Assembly (NCBI GenBank): GCA_015680685.1
Contig: MNCI01002813.1
Coordinates: 1,198,048 to 1,262,047 of the forward strand
Length of the DNA: 64,000 nt
Reading direction: 5' to 3'
DNA from: Gnetum montanum
Taxonomy: Eukaryota; Plantae; Gnetophyta
Under the pieces are notes generated by a model. That model saw only the letters and a list, made by a program, of their open reading frames with translations, searched no databases and was not told where the DNA came from. Both the position numbers and the translations under genes were made by a program. This document shows, piece by piece, positions 37,735 to 51,496 of the stretch (position 1 is the first letter of the stretch; the number at the start of each line of letters is the position of its first letter).

Positions 37735-38558
37735 TGAAGCGTCATTTGGTTGCATTGACATAGCTTCCTCAACATAACTACCTCAATGTAGCTGCTTTGA
37801 TGCAGCTGCTTCAACATAGTTTCTATTTTTGCCTATAAATACACATACTCCCATTATGTATATGCATTCTTTTATTAATAGAGTAGGTAAAATCTTGTAG
37901 TTTTATTCCATAGTTCTAGAAAATAGTCACAAAGTGCTCATCATGTGGATTTGAGTAAGTTGCTCACCATCTTATTTGAGTGGCAATGTACATGGACACA
38001 TTTCATGAATGGTAATAAGATCAAGATAGATTCTTATTTATTACAACACTTTGACTTAAATTAGATTTACTTTTAATGAAATTTATATTTCATATACCTA
38101 GTTAATATTTAAGTTTTCATGCATATTAATGAATTGGTGGAATGAGCATGACCAATTTCGAGCATAAACATGTATTCACTTAGTAATCCTAGCAGTGTTA
38201 TTACTTGGTTTGTTGAGTAGCATAGTGCTTGGTAATCCCAGTAGTGGATATGTGGGTTTAGGATGTGTACAGTAAGCTAGGAATAGACACTCATTGCCCA
38301 TAGGCTATTTTAGACTTTACTTTTCATTGTTAGTTAATTTAAATAATTGATTTCTTTATTATCATTAGGAGTAGCATAAGGCCAAAACAACATCAAGAAG
38401 CATATGCCTCACTTTTGACTACACCATACATGATAAAGTTACAACTAGTCCAAGTGGGAAGACAATGAACTATGATCATGGCATAATGATCTAACTAGAT
38501 CATGCATGAACACTTGTGATTTGTATGGTTGGGCATAGGGGGTACTCGTTGCTCATTA
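37735..38558 (+). repeat. 3' LTR
   Basis: Direct repeat of 31798-32710. Confidence 0.88.
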
Positions 38559-40149
38559 ATAACAAACACTTGGCCACCTAACTATGAATTCCTTCAAGCT
38601 AAAATGTAGATATCCCTGTAGTGAGAATTTGTGTTCTTGAGAGCTATTGAGGATTACAACAAAGTATGAAGTGTAGGAAGATTATTCTAGAAATAAAATC
38701 TATAAAAATTAAGCTCACACTAGGGCATTCATATAGTAAGTCATAACTACAAATCTCTCAAATGATTAGAATAATGAGAAACCACAATAGATCTAATCAT
38801 GTAGGATAATGGACACACAAACCATTGGAGAATGATCTAATAATGTTTGTGTTGTCACATTTACACCATTAAATTAATCAATGTTTTATTTAAAAGATCA
38901 TGATGAAGACCAAATTTCCCAATGTAGTTTGTACTAATGATTAGAAGAAAAATGCTAGTACATAAAGAGTTAGATTTTTTACTTGAGGGCAATAATACGA
39001 GGCATGATTAAATCATGAACAATGTTAAGGATAAAATGAATGGGAAGTATCCTCAAGATTACACTTTAGGCTTAATTATATATAATACCAAGGTAGAAAA
39101 AAGCAAAAGGTTAGATTATGGAATTTATGAAAGTTTAGTGGCAAGCCAAAGTTTGTGAAATTGGTATTTTTTCTGGTGAAAATGTTATGAGATTTCGTAC
39201 AAGAATTCATGTCTTTAACCATGATGCACAAGTTATTTTATTCCCTGTAAAGGATGGCTTTGCACAAGCCTATTAAGTATATGATATTTTAATACCTCAA
39301 GAATGTTCTTGACTTTAAGCAACATAGATAAGGTTGAAAATTCTTCGGTTCAAATTAGCTTACAAATGATGGATTACTACTGCAATTAGCAAGGTTGTTG
39401 AAATGATAATGATAGTTCTGAGGAAAAAAATCAATCCAATGTGACCATAAGAAAATAAAACAAATAATGATAAAATATTTGGAAGCCTAGTGTTTACCCA
39501 AAACTATGCATAGACCCTACAACTTAGAAGAAAAAATCTTTAAAAACTTAAGGTTCTGTATTAACAATCAATTCATGAATAAAAAATGGATGAAATTGTA
39601 TCAATAAGAAATTGTAGAGAAATTCAAAGAAAAAAAATATTCTAGGATAAGCATTGTCTTAGGGCATCAGAAAAATAAATTCCTATTTCAATCACTATGG
39701 ATTTATGTAGAACATATTATCCTGAACAACAATCAAACCATGATATGGGTTTGGAAGGTTATTGCTACCATGATAATCTTAAAGGTAGCGTAGCCAAGAG
39801 ATCCTTTCAAAACTTGCATCCCAGATGGCAACACAAAAATGCTTCATGATGACCTAGAGATAGACGTAGATTATAGGGATGCTTGTGGCAATGAAAACAT
39901 ACCACAAGGTGTAGCAAGAAGATGTTCACCAAGGCAATGAAGGTGTATACATGACATCATTACTAGAGTAGCATATTCATTAGTAGTAGGGGTAGATAGC
40001 AATTATGCAACTATTCCTACACCATTGTTGATCGACACTCAAGTGTGAAATCTAGCAGAGGGTTCTATGGCATCTATGCCTATAGGGTAGAGACGATGAT
40101 AGAATGAAGGCAAATGGCACAACCCCCTCTTGACACAAAATGAAGGCAA

Positions 40150-41751
40150 TGTGGTCCATGGTACAATGTACATGGGACCTATTAACCTTACAAAACAATA
40201 ATATATCAAACATGATGTATAACGACATATGGCATCAAAGATACATGACCTTAATAATGAATATTTTCAAAAATTAAATTACATTGGTCAAAATTTTAAA
40301 TATAAAAAGGAGGGTATGGTTTAAGGTTTGATAAAGAAAGGATTTATAAATATCAAATAAATTTATTTTTTGGAAAATTGAAATTTTTCATAAATAACTA
40401 CCTCTCCTTGATGTTTTTCTCTAATTTTTATAACTTCCTATGATATTTGTTATAACCATAGCTAAAATCTCTAATAACTTCCTATATAAGTTATAACTTA
40501 TAGTATGGTTATAAATTAATCCTCTAGATATTTGTAATACCCTTAACTTTTCCTAATTATTATAACTATCCAAAGCCACTATAGAAAGGCTTCAAACATA
40601 GAGTAAAAAGGGGAATGGGAAGTGAAGAAACTTAAAAAGAGATTAAAGATTGTAAAAGCATGACTTGTTAAAGACATCAATTCAACTTCTTTGTTTTAAT
40701 CCTATGAGTTCATTTCTTCCCATTTTGTTTTAGTTACTTAGCTAATGGTTTAGATAGTATCATGCTTAGCATTTAGGTTTGGAATTTTTCCTAGGTGGCT
40801 TTTATAGCTTTGTTTTTGTGCAATATTAGACTTCTATTAAGATTTTCCATAGTATAGCTTATGTTGTTGAAAAGCCTCAAGAGCAATTAATAGTAATATT
40901 GCAATGAATTTTTCTGTTTTGAGCATAGAGAATCTAGGAAAATCTTTGGTATCTTGAAATGATTAAAATAACTTCTTTATTTTTAAAGTGTATTGTCTTG
41001 GTATTTCAATCTAGAAATTGTCAAACTTTTTGAAAGCTTTGTTGAATGCAAGCTTTGACAACTTTTGACTAGCCAAAATAGAGACTCATACTTTGTCATT
41101 TATGCAGCAATTTTTGGTAATATAATAAGATTATCTTTATGAAATTGCTTATTAAGCTCAAAAAGTTTGGATAATTCATAATTATTGAATTAGGAATAGC
41201 TGTATTGCGAAGTGTTTCCTCATGTCAGTTTATGTTGATTAAATATTTGAGATTACATGTAAATCTACTTTCTTTTCTTCTTCTTTCTAATTCCATTGAA
41301 TCTTGCTCTCTTTCTAGTTTTTTTATAGAACTTTCTCTCTGGGAGAAATTAGGAGTAGATTAGCAAAATTGTGCTCAAAAGTTTTTGCAAAATGTTATTT
41401 GTTACAAATATCATACTATAGGGACCATATACACTAAGTGATTGGACAAAATAGAGATCTTCAATAACTCACAATATTTGACAAAGATAGCTAAATCTCT
41501 TTTATGATAGTTGATTACAATTTTATACACAACCCAACCATTTCAACATTTGCAACAACAAAACACATACTCACATGTAGTACATTTCATAACTACTAAG
41601 TTTATTTAGAGGTATCTAGGCCTTGGTGTTGGCAGAGACCAATAAGCATCTAAATCCATTTTAAAGAACACCTTTGATCCCATGACCCCAAGGGTCATAA
41701 GAATGTGAGGCCACTCCACATTAATGGTCCAATCCCAAATAGTTGTCAATA
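40150..41751 (+). repeat. 5' LTR of Gy5
   Basis: Homologous to 49870-51496; followed by PBS TGGTGCTAGAAGAAAGG (41759-41775). Confidence 0.82.
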
Positions 41752-42107
41752 ATTCTTTTGGTGCTAGAAGAAAGGCTGAAAATTTATCCTCTAAGTTCAT
41801 GAGCCTGATAGTCCTAGCACACCAACAATTCTTTCTTGTTAGAAAGGCTTAAGAAATTATATACTATTTTCAATTCGTGATCAAACAAACTAATAGTTTG
41901 GGAGATTTCAAAGGTTCTAAAGAAATTCTTGATTATAAGACTGATTATTCATTAGAAGAAGAATAGAAGAAGGTTTTTGAGTTTCGAACAAGTAGTGGAG
42001 TAAATATCAAAAAGATAAGCAAATCACCCCTTTCGTCTAATTTATTAATCTATAAGGGAAGGTCAGAGAAATATAAGAGTATAACCACCAAAAGAAATTC
42101 TAGTAAG

Positions 42108-45100
42108 ATGGTGAATCCATAACCAGTTAATCCTTGGCAAAGAGTTAGACCATTAGGATTTCAAAACTACAAAAATATTCCTAAGGTAGTTTATAAATAT
42201 TTTCCTGAGCCTTTTACTCCTAAAAAAGCTTACTTGGCTGAAGAGTATATCCACATGTTTGAGTTAGCTTTGGTTCATGTAGATGTTCAACATCAAGATC
42301 AAGCTTGTGGATTATTTGTAGAAAATTTAAAGGATATGGCTCAGATTTGATATTCAACTTTGCCAACCAATAGTATCACAAGTTGGGATGACATGAAAAG
42401 TAGTTTCTTGGCCTAGTTTGGCAATTAATTGGATCAACAACAACTATACTATGGGCTAGTACAAGCTAAACAAGGAGTTAAGAATTCTATTAGAGATTTC
42501 AACATTAAGTTTCAACAAATTTATGAACTCTTTCAAAGATAATATAGACCATCAAATGAAAAGCTCAAAGATACTAATCTTAAGGCTGTGAATCCTAATA
42601 TTTCAATCTAGTTGAGAAGAACTCCAAACTTGCTAACACTAAATGACTACTTTAGTGAAGTTATACAGTTACAAAAATAGTTGAACTTGAAACATGAAGA
42701 AGTAATCAAAACTCAAAAAAGCTGAGAGAAAATGATGATTCCTATGTAATATTTTTCTCAACTTAAACCTTTACTAGGGCCATCTCATGTTAACATAGAG
42801 AGAGAGTCATAAAGCAAAAAATGTAAAAAGGAACAGTTAATGAAAGATGTAGCCAACAAAGTAGTGAAACTAGAAAAAGCATTGGCTAAAGTTAACATCA
42901 AGGAAGAAAGGAAAAATAGGAAACATAAACATCAAGATAATAAGTTAGTAGAATATGAGTATGAAAGTGATCTTATCATGTCCAACTTCCTTAATATTGA
43001 ATCTAATGATGAGCTATCTAGTGTTCATTATGCAAGAAAATCTTCTAACAATGGATCTAGTGATACTTCTTCTCTATCAAGTTCTAAAGAAGATATATCA
43101 TTAGATGAGGAGTGTAACAACAATGAAGAAAATGGATATCCTCTGTGATCAAAAGAAAGATTCACAACTTCTAAGCCTCCAAATGTTATTTTTGACTCAT
43201 CTACTAAGAGAAAGATTTTTAAACCAAGTAGAAGAGAAGAATAAAAGTAAAGAAGATTAAGTAGAACAAAGTACTCAAAATCAAACTCTTAATAAATAGA
43301 TTAAGAAACCAAGCTATTATGGAGATGGAGAATATGATTTAATTGAAGATCTTAAACATGTCAGGGCAAATATTAACATATATAAATTATTACAAATTAG
43401 AGATCATAAAAGAAAGACTTTAGAGTTTATTAAAGGTAAAAAAAGAGTTGGAGAGTCAGAGTTAAGCTATGTGTCAAACAATGACAAGAAAAAAAAAGCT
43501 ATTTATGATTGTACTCCTAATAGGGAAACTCCTCCTTTTTTTGACAATTAAGTTAAAGGACAAGTATCTTCACAATCCTTTAGTTGAATCTGGAGCTACA
43601 TACACTATTATGTCATTATCTATATGCAAAAAACTTGATTTGATTCCTTAAAAATCAAATAAAAGGATTTTTCAAGTGAACAAAAGTAGAGTGAAAATTG
43701 TGGGTTAATTACCAAATTTTCTATTAGAAATTTCTTCTAAACCATGTATCAAAAGTAGAATGACTATTCAAGTAGTAGTCATACCAAACTCACATAGCCT
43801 TTGTTGAGTAGAAGTTGGAGTAAAAATTTCTCAAGTTACATATCAATAGATTACTCAAATATGTGGCTACCTTGAAAAGGAGAAACGAATCAAATATATA
43901 TATATAGTGAGCCTTTGATAAATGAAAACATTACTTCAAATGGAAAGAATAAAGTTGTTAAAAAAAGAGATATTGAAACTAGAATTTACACACTTCAAGA
44001 AGTTGATAATTTGGAAAAAGAAGAATCTCAAGATGAGAGNNNNNNNNNNNNNNNNNNNNNNNNNNNNNNNNNNNNNNNNNNNNNNNNNNNNNNNNNNNNN
44101 NNNNNNNNNNNNNNNNNNNNNNNNNNNNNNNNNNNNNNNNNNNNNNNNNNNNNNNNNNNNNNNNNNNNNNNNNNNNNNNNNNNNNNNNNNNNNNNNNNNN
44201 NNNNNNNACAAATTCCATTCCCAAAAGGGTGATTGATTTTGAACATGAGTTTAGCAAGACTTTGGTTACTAGAAAAGATATACAAAATCTAGATGATCAA
44301 GCTTATGAAGTAGTGAATTTTGGATCTATTGAGATAGAAAAAATGTTAAATGTCATAAAGGAAAAGGATTTTGTTTTCAAGAAAAATTTATCATTACTCC
44401 TAAAAAATAACTTGAAAAAATTTGCTTGGTCTTATGATGATCTTAAAACTTCTAGACCAAATGTGATGCCACATAACATACCTTTAATAAAAGGTTACAA
44501 GACAATTAAAAAAAATAGAGGGAATTTAATCCATCATTTGAGCTAGCTATGGAAGCTAAGATCATGAAGTTATTACAAGCTAGAATTATATATCCTATCT
44601 AATATTTGACATGGCTAGCTAATCTTGTTCTAGTAAGAAAGAAAAATGGTGATATTAGGCTTTGTGTAGATTTTAGAAATTTGAATAAAGCCTTAGAAAA
44701 AGATAAATATCCACTTCCTAAAATCAATAAAATTTTGATTAAAGTATTAGGTTGTCAAGTATATTCTTTCCTAGATGGTTTTTCACACTATAATAAAATC
44801 ATGGTAGATAAGAGTGATAGATATAAAATAACATTTATCACCAAATGGGGAACTTTCTCTTACCAAAGAATGTCATTTGGATTGTCAAATGTTGGAGCTA
44901 CTTGTCAAAGAGTAATGGATTTAGCCTTTAAAGTTTTAATAAATGAGTTTGTGTGGTTTATTTGAATGATATCACTGTCTTCTCAAAAAGGAAGGATGAT
45001 CATATTGGTGATCTTCAATAAGTTTTTGACAAATGTCATAAGTATGGTATTTCATTAAATCCTAAGAAATGTATCTTTGGGGTTAAACCTGGACATTTAC

Positions 45101-46920
45101 TAGGTCATGTAATTCGTTAATAAGGAATTACTATAAATAGCTCCCAAATTTAAGTGGTACAAAATCCCACAAGTAAAAAAAATTTGTTACTAAAATTTAT
45201 CCTTGGATTCACTGAAATTACTAAACCTTTGATCCAAATGCTAAAGAAATATTTCTTAGTAGAGAAAACACCAGAATTAGAAAAAGCCTTAATAGAAATC
45301 AAAAGAGTTATTCAAGAAGCTCCACACTTGGTAAAGCCAAAATTGAAAGAAGACTTTTGGTTATATGCTCTTGCTTTAGATGATTCAATTACTACCTTTT
45401 TAACTCAAAAAAAATGAAGGTCAAAATGAATTGATTGGATTTTTTGGGTATCAATTGAAAGGTTTAGAGCTTAATTATTCAAACTTAAAGAAATAAGCAT
45501 TCATAGTTATTAAGGCACTTCAACATTTCAAATATTTGTTGGAAAGATCATTAGTCCATATTATGCTAATAGAGCATGCAATTAAACAATTCTTAGCCCA
45601 AATTGAAATTGGATTGAAAAGAGGGAAATGGCTCATAAAGCTTCCAAGTTTCAAATTTTCACTGGTAATATGCAAAACCATTAAAGGAATGGGATTAGCT
45701 AAATTAATGGCAAGAGAAGATGAAGTATGTGTGCTGAAGAATCATGAAGGAAATTATTTAGATGAGATTATAGAATTCCTTAATACATGAAAAGTTCCAA
45801 ATAACTTAACTACAAGTCAAAAGAGAGCCTTCTTTAAAAAGGTAAACAAATTTGTGGTGAAAGATGAACTTTTATATAAAAAGGATTTTAGAGGGGTTTT
45901 GTTGGAATATGTTCATAATGATAAAATTGGTCCTATCCTAGAACAATTCCATGATCATTCTCACCTATTCTATGAATCTCCTAAATCTAGTATGCAACAT
46001 ATACTTTGTTATGACTTTTATTGGCCTAGTATGTACCAAGATATTAATTCAAGGATTCAAAGATGTTACAAATGTCAAATTCATAGATCAAAAATAAAAA
46101 AAGCTAAAGCCCCCTTAAAATTAGTAATTGTGGATAGACGATTTTAGCAATGGGGCTTAGATTTTATTGCTATAATTACTCCTTTGAGAGCAAGACATAT
46201 TTTTATTCTCACATCAACTAATTAGTCCAAAGCAAAGGCTCTAAGGAAAAGTTTAGCATTAGATGTGATTAAGTTCTTGGAAGATCAGATTTTAAGTCAT
46301 TTGGTTTACCTGAAGTGTTGGTATTTGATAATGGACTTGCATTTAAATTTGAAGAGTTTGTAACATGGGCATCAAAAAAATCAATCTTTCTATTTTCCTT
46401 GTCAAATTATTATCCTGAAGGAAATGGCTTTGCTAAATCTACAAATAAAAAGCTTATTTCCTACATTAGGTTTATGGATGGAAATCTAGCAAAATTAGAT
46501 TGATTACTTACAATCTACATTATGGATTAATTGTATTAGATTTAAGAAGGCTATTGGAACATTAGCTTACAACTTAGTCTACAGTTTACCCACTAGAATT
46601 ACAAACAAGATTATAAGTTTGGCCTTAGGTTTTGTGCAAAGATATAGTGAGAAACATGATAAAGATAGAAGTTTCATGACCTTGCTCATCAAAAGAGAAG
46701 CTAAAATGGATAAAGCTAAAGATAATTTATTAAGGAATGCTTCTCAAGTTAAAAGGTTGTTTGATAAAAAGGCTTTGAAATAAAATTTTTAAGTTGGTGA
46801 TCCAGTATTATTACAGAATATGAAAAAGCCAAATAAGTTTTCAACAATATGGATTGGTCCATTTTAGATCAAGAAACAAATTTCAAAAGATACTTACAAT
46901 TTATCAACTTTAGATGGGAT
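42108..46920 (+). pseudogene. pol: Gy5 gag-pol
   Basis: gag (NSITSWDDMKSSFL), PROT (LVESGAT), RT (KKNGDIRLCVDFRNLNKA, SFLDGF), RH, INT (WGLDF, FDNG, YYPEGNGFAKSTNK). Confidence 0.9.
44040..44207. other. Assembly gap (168 N)
   Basis: Run of N. Confidence 1.
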
Positions 46921-47078
46921 AGAATTGTAGTTTCTGTATAATGTTTTACACATAAATCATTATTTTGGATAACTGCCCACAACTTAAATCTATATATATA
47001 TATATTAATATATGTATATAGTACAGTAATGAATATATGTAGGTAACTATAATAATATTTAGTATGCATAGTAATAAG

Positions 47079-47919
47079 TGATGAGCGGGAAGGTACCCCT
47101 ACGTTCAACCATACGAATCACAAGTGTTCACATGTGATCCGGTCTAATTCTACAGACTATAATTACTAAGTACGCTAGAGCTAAACAGTGCATGCATGTT
47201 GCTCGTTTGTTGTCTTCCCAGTCCCACTTGTGGAATGCAATTGTATGGTTAAGTGTGACTAAGGTGTAATATTTCTATTATTTTGTGTTTTATCAAAACA
47301 AAAATAAAGGTAAGAGTGATTAAATGTGAAGTAAACTATGATCTAATCTAGCCTAACACAAGTAACCATTTCCACTTCCTAGACACATCCTAAACTTTGT
47401 GTAAACACTTTTGGGTTGTCAAACGCTAATAGTTTCTGAGCTACCAAGTGTCACACGTATGTTCGAAGGGGTCATGCTTATGTATTTTAATGAGTTGCCT
47501 GATTAGTCAAAATTAATTATTGCATAAATAACATTAATTTAGATTGTATGAAATCACAATATATAAATGCATAAGAAAAAAGTCTCAACTGCTACAAGGA
47601 ATGAATCAAAGAGTTTGTCTTTATTACCAACACAATGGTGTGTTTAGGTACATCAATGCTTGAATAAAGATCCATTCACACTTAGATCTCCTACTGTGAG
47701 CACTTGTAAAATATTCTAACTCTTAAATGGAAAAATTGCAAGAGTTTCGCTACTTGATTGCCAAAAACTACTCTCAATCATGTGCTCGGGGGCTGTATTT
47801 ATAGACCCAGGAGTAGCCCTACAATATCAAATGTACGATATCGCATCTTGGGCCACGATATCACAAACCCGATATCACAGCCACCCTGATATCGGAGTGT
47901 ATAAAAACACAATTTATCA
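47079..47919 (-). mobile_element. Athila-like solo LTR
   Basis: TGAT...ATCA termini; TSD ATAAG/ACAAG; reverse-complement homology to the other Athila-like LTRs. Confidence 0.85.
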
Positions 47920-48419
47920 ACAAGTAATAAAATTTTAGTAGTAATATATATAATAAATAGTATATATAGAGAGGCTTATATAATATTTAATCATATCATA
48001 TATACTCTATACATATGTTAGATGAGTCTATATAATATTATAAAAACATGTATAGGTTAAAGTGTTCGTTTAAAAATATTTAATTTAAAGTGTTAGTTAA
48101 ATTATTTAATTTATATTATCCTAAGTAATCATTACTTGTGATGGGTATAAGTGGGAGTGATGGTTAGGTAACTACTTAGTGGTAAATTAATTTCAACAAC
48201 CAAATAGTGGAATTCAAATTAGCCTACCATATAATGATGGAAAGATACTTAATTTTGGCAAAGTCGCAAAGTTGGTTAGTGAAATTGGTTGGAATTTCAA
48301 ACTTTCTTTACACTAAAAAAAGAGATGTGGATAACTTATAATTATATCATTTTTCAATTCAAAGATTAAGTGGGAAGGTAAGTAGAGTGTTTAAGTGTGA
48401 AGTACAAAAATTTCATGAG

Positions 48420-49830
48420 TCATGAATCTGTTGTCCCCGACATCAGATATCTGATATTGGGGTGATCCGATATCAGAGCTACTCAATATCGAAGCCCAAG
48501 AAATGATGTCAGATATTCAATATCATCTTCTTTGTGTTATCCTATAAACATAGCACTTGGGTGCATGGTTTAAACCACAATAGAGAGAAGATAGTTTTAG
48601 TTCTCACTTTTTGATAGTCTTTCTTACAATTCTATTATTCCCAATGCATGCCCGCAATGTGATGTTTGTAGTTGTATGGCACCTTTGTTCAAGTGTGACA
48701 TACTTGGACACATTACATGACTAGAAATAAAGATCAAGATTACTTCCATCATTGCTGCATTCACTTAGATTTATTATTGCTTTAATTAGTTATTTAATTG
48801 TTCAATTATTTACTATTCTCTTTAGTTAATGTTTTCATTTATTATTATTTACTATTTATGTTATTAAGCAGAATGTGTATCCCCTAATCATGAGCGTTTA
48901 AGTGTAACTACTTGGTAATCTAGTAGTGTATCATTTGGAACACCTAGTAACATATGCTTGGCAATCCCAAAATTAGTCTCATGAAGTTCAAGATGTATAC
49001 GGACGATTAAGAGAAGATACCCATCACACATAGGCTAGTTAGAGTTCACTTTCCATTGTTCAGTAGCTTAATTAATTCATCTCTTTATCATCATTAGGAG
49101 CAACATAGGATTAGATAACATCATATGCCTTACTTTGGACTAAATCATACATGACAAAGCTACCACTAGTCCAAGTGGGAAGACTTATGATCAAAGCATA
49201 ATGATCTAGATGCCACAATTAGTCCCATCCATGGAATTCAACCAAATCATGTGTAAACACTTATGATTCATATGGTTGGATGTAGGGGTACCTCACCACT
49301 CATCATTAGCACCATTTTTGGGGATGGTTCTAGTTATCTAAATTAGTTACATCATACACAATTGTTGTAATGATATTAACAATATAACTTTTTAAAAATA
49401 TTAAATCACACACACCATAAACTAACAACAATGTCTCTTGCACAAGGAAGCGATAATGCATAGTATAATGAAAACATTCATTGGAGAACTAATGAGATAT
49501 ATAGTAAGGAAAATTGAAGTGACCAACTTATATAGGGATATCTTATGATCATGACCACCTTGACAACACTCAAAGACTACATTCACCTAAGGTAGACAAT
49601 CTTGGAGGAGATGATGTAAGTCCTAAACTATGGGAGGCCTCAAGGCTTGAGACCTCCTCGAAACCAATAAACGATAAATTAAGGGACCCTAGAGAACACC
49701 ATAGAAGCCATGGAAATCCTTCCAATTTTTCATGTTCCTCTTTCTTATCAATGTTTAGTTTTGATGAAGATGAAAATAGGTATGAAGATAAAGTTCCACT
49801 AAAGGGTCATAATAGAAACAAAAATCAGAC
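48420..49830 (+). mobile_element. Truncated Athila-like element: LTR (~48420-49305), decayed PBS, 5'UTR
   Basis: Ends CTCATCA then TAGCACCATTTTTGGGGAT; 49306-49830 colinear with 32711-33240. Confidence 0.82.
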
Positions 49831-49869
49831 CTGCAAGGTATAATGTTAAGATTATGGAATTTTCAAAAC

Positions 49870-51496
49870 TATGGTATAATGGACGTGGGACCTATGAACC
49901 TTAAAAAACTATGATACATCAAATGTGATGTATAACAACATATGGCATCAAAGAGACATGGCCTTCATAATGAATATTTTCAAAAATTAAATTACATTTG
50001 GCAAACTTTTAAATATAAAAAGGAGGGTAAGGTTTAAGGTTTGAGAAAGAAAGGATTTATAAATGTCTAATAAATTTATTTTTTTGGAAATTGAAATTTT
50101 TCATAGATAACTATCTCTTCTTAATGTTTTTCAAGAGACACTTGCTAGCTATGACATGTTTTTCTCTAATTTTTATAACTTCCTATGATATTTGTTACCA
50201 GGAAAACACTTGGCAACCATAGCTCAAATCTTTAATAACTTCCTATGTAAGTTAGGACTTCTAGTATGGTTATAAATTTATCCCCTAGATATTTTTAATA
50301 TCCTTAAATTTTCATGATTATTGTAACTACCCAAAGCCCCTATAAAAATTCTTCAAAGGTAGAGTAAAAAGGGGAATGGAGGGTGAAGCAACTTAGAAAA
50401 AGATTGATGATTGTAAAAGCATGGCTTGTTAAAGACATCACTTTAGCCTCTTTGTTTTAATCCTATGAGTTTATTTCTTCCCATTTTTTTTAGTTACTTA
50501 GCTAATGGTTTAGACAATATTGTGTTTGGCATTTAATTTTTGGATTTTTCCTAGGTGGCTTTTATAGCTTTGTTTTTTTGCAATATTAGATTTCTATTAA
50601 GACATTCCATAGAAGACTTTATGTTGTTGAAAAGCCTCAAGAGCAATTTAATAGTAATGTCTTAATGAATTTTCCTATTTTGAGCATAGAGAATCTAGAA
50701 AAATCTTTGGTATTTTGAAACGACTAAAATAGCTTCTTTATTTTCAAATTGTATTGCCATGGTATTTCAATCCAGAAATTGTCAAATGTTTTGAAAGATT
50801 TGTTGAATATAATCTTTGACAACTATTAACTAGCCAAAATAAAGACTTGTACTTTGTCATTTATGTAGGGATTTTTGGTAATATAATAATATTATCTTTA
50901 TTAAATTGCTTGTTGAGCTTAGACAGCTTGGACAATTCATAGTTATCGAAATAGAAATAGCTTTATTATGAAGTGTTTCCTTGTGTCAATTTATCTTGCT
51001 TAAATATTTGAGATTACATGAAATATTTCTTTCTTTTCTTCCTCTTTCTAAGTCCATTGAATATTTCTCTATTTCTAGTTTTCTTTGGGAGAAATTAGGA
51101 GTAGATTGGTAGATTTGTGCTAAAAAAATTTTGCAAAATTTTATTTGTTACAAATATCATAGTATAGGGATCATATAGACTAAGTGATTGGAAAAAATAG
51201 GAATCTCCAACAACTAACAGTATTTGACAAAGATAACTAAATCTCTTTTATGATAGCCAATTACAATTTATACACAACCCAACCATTTCAATGTTCGCAA
51301 CAACAAAACACATATACATGTTTAGTATGTTTCATAACTACTGAGTTTATTTTGAGGTATCTAGGCCTTGATGTTACTAGAGAACAGCAAGCACCTAAAT
51401 CCTATTTGAAGAACATCTTTGATCCTATGATCCCAAGGGTCATGAGACCATGAGGCCACTCCATGTTGGCAGTCCAATCCCAAATGGTTGCCAATA
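49870..51496 (+). repeat. Second (3') LTR copy of Gy5, 5' tip lost
   Basis: Direct repeat of 40157-41751. Confidence 0.85.

Larger units (their letters stand above)
31798..38558 (+). mobile_element. Athila-like non-autonomous element with both LTRs (gag only)
   Basis: LTRs 31798-32710 and 37735-38558; deaminated tRNA-Asp PBS; TTGAGGACAA...TGGGG PPT region; TSD not clean. Confidence 0.88.
40150..51496 (+). mobile_element. Tat-type Ty3/gypsy element (Gy5), decayed, with nested insertions in its 3' region
   Basis: ~1.6-kb LTR pair, decayed tRNA-Asn PBS, gag-PROT-RT-RH-INT; no TSD found, so pairing of the two LTRs is inferred. Confidence 0.75.

Noticed and set aside
38600-40140. Possible gypsy gag/integrase remnant
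   Set aside because: Too degenerate to assign without a homology search
43915-44285. ORFs containing X runs
   Set aside because: Artefacts of the N gap
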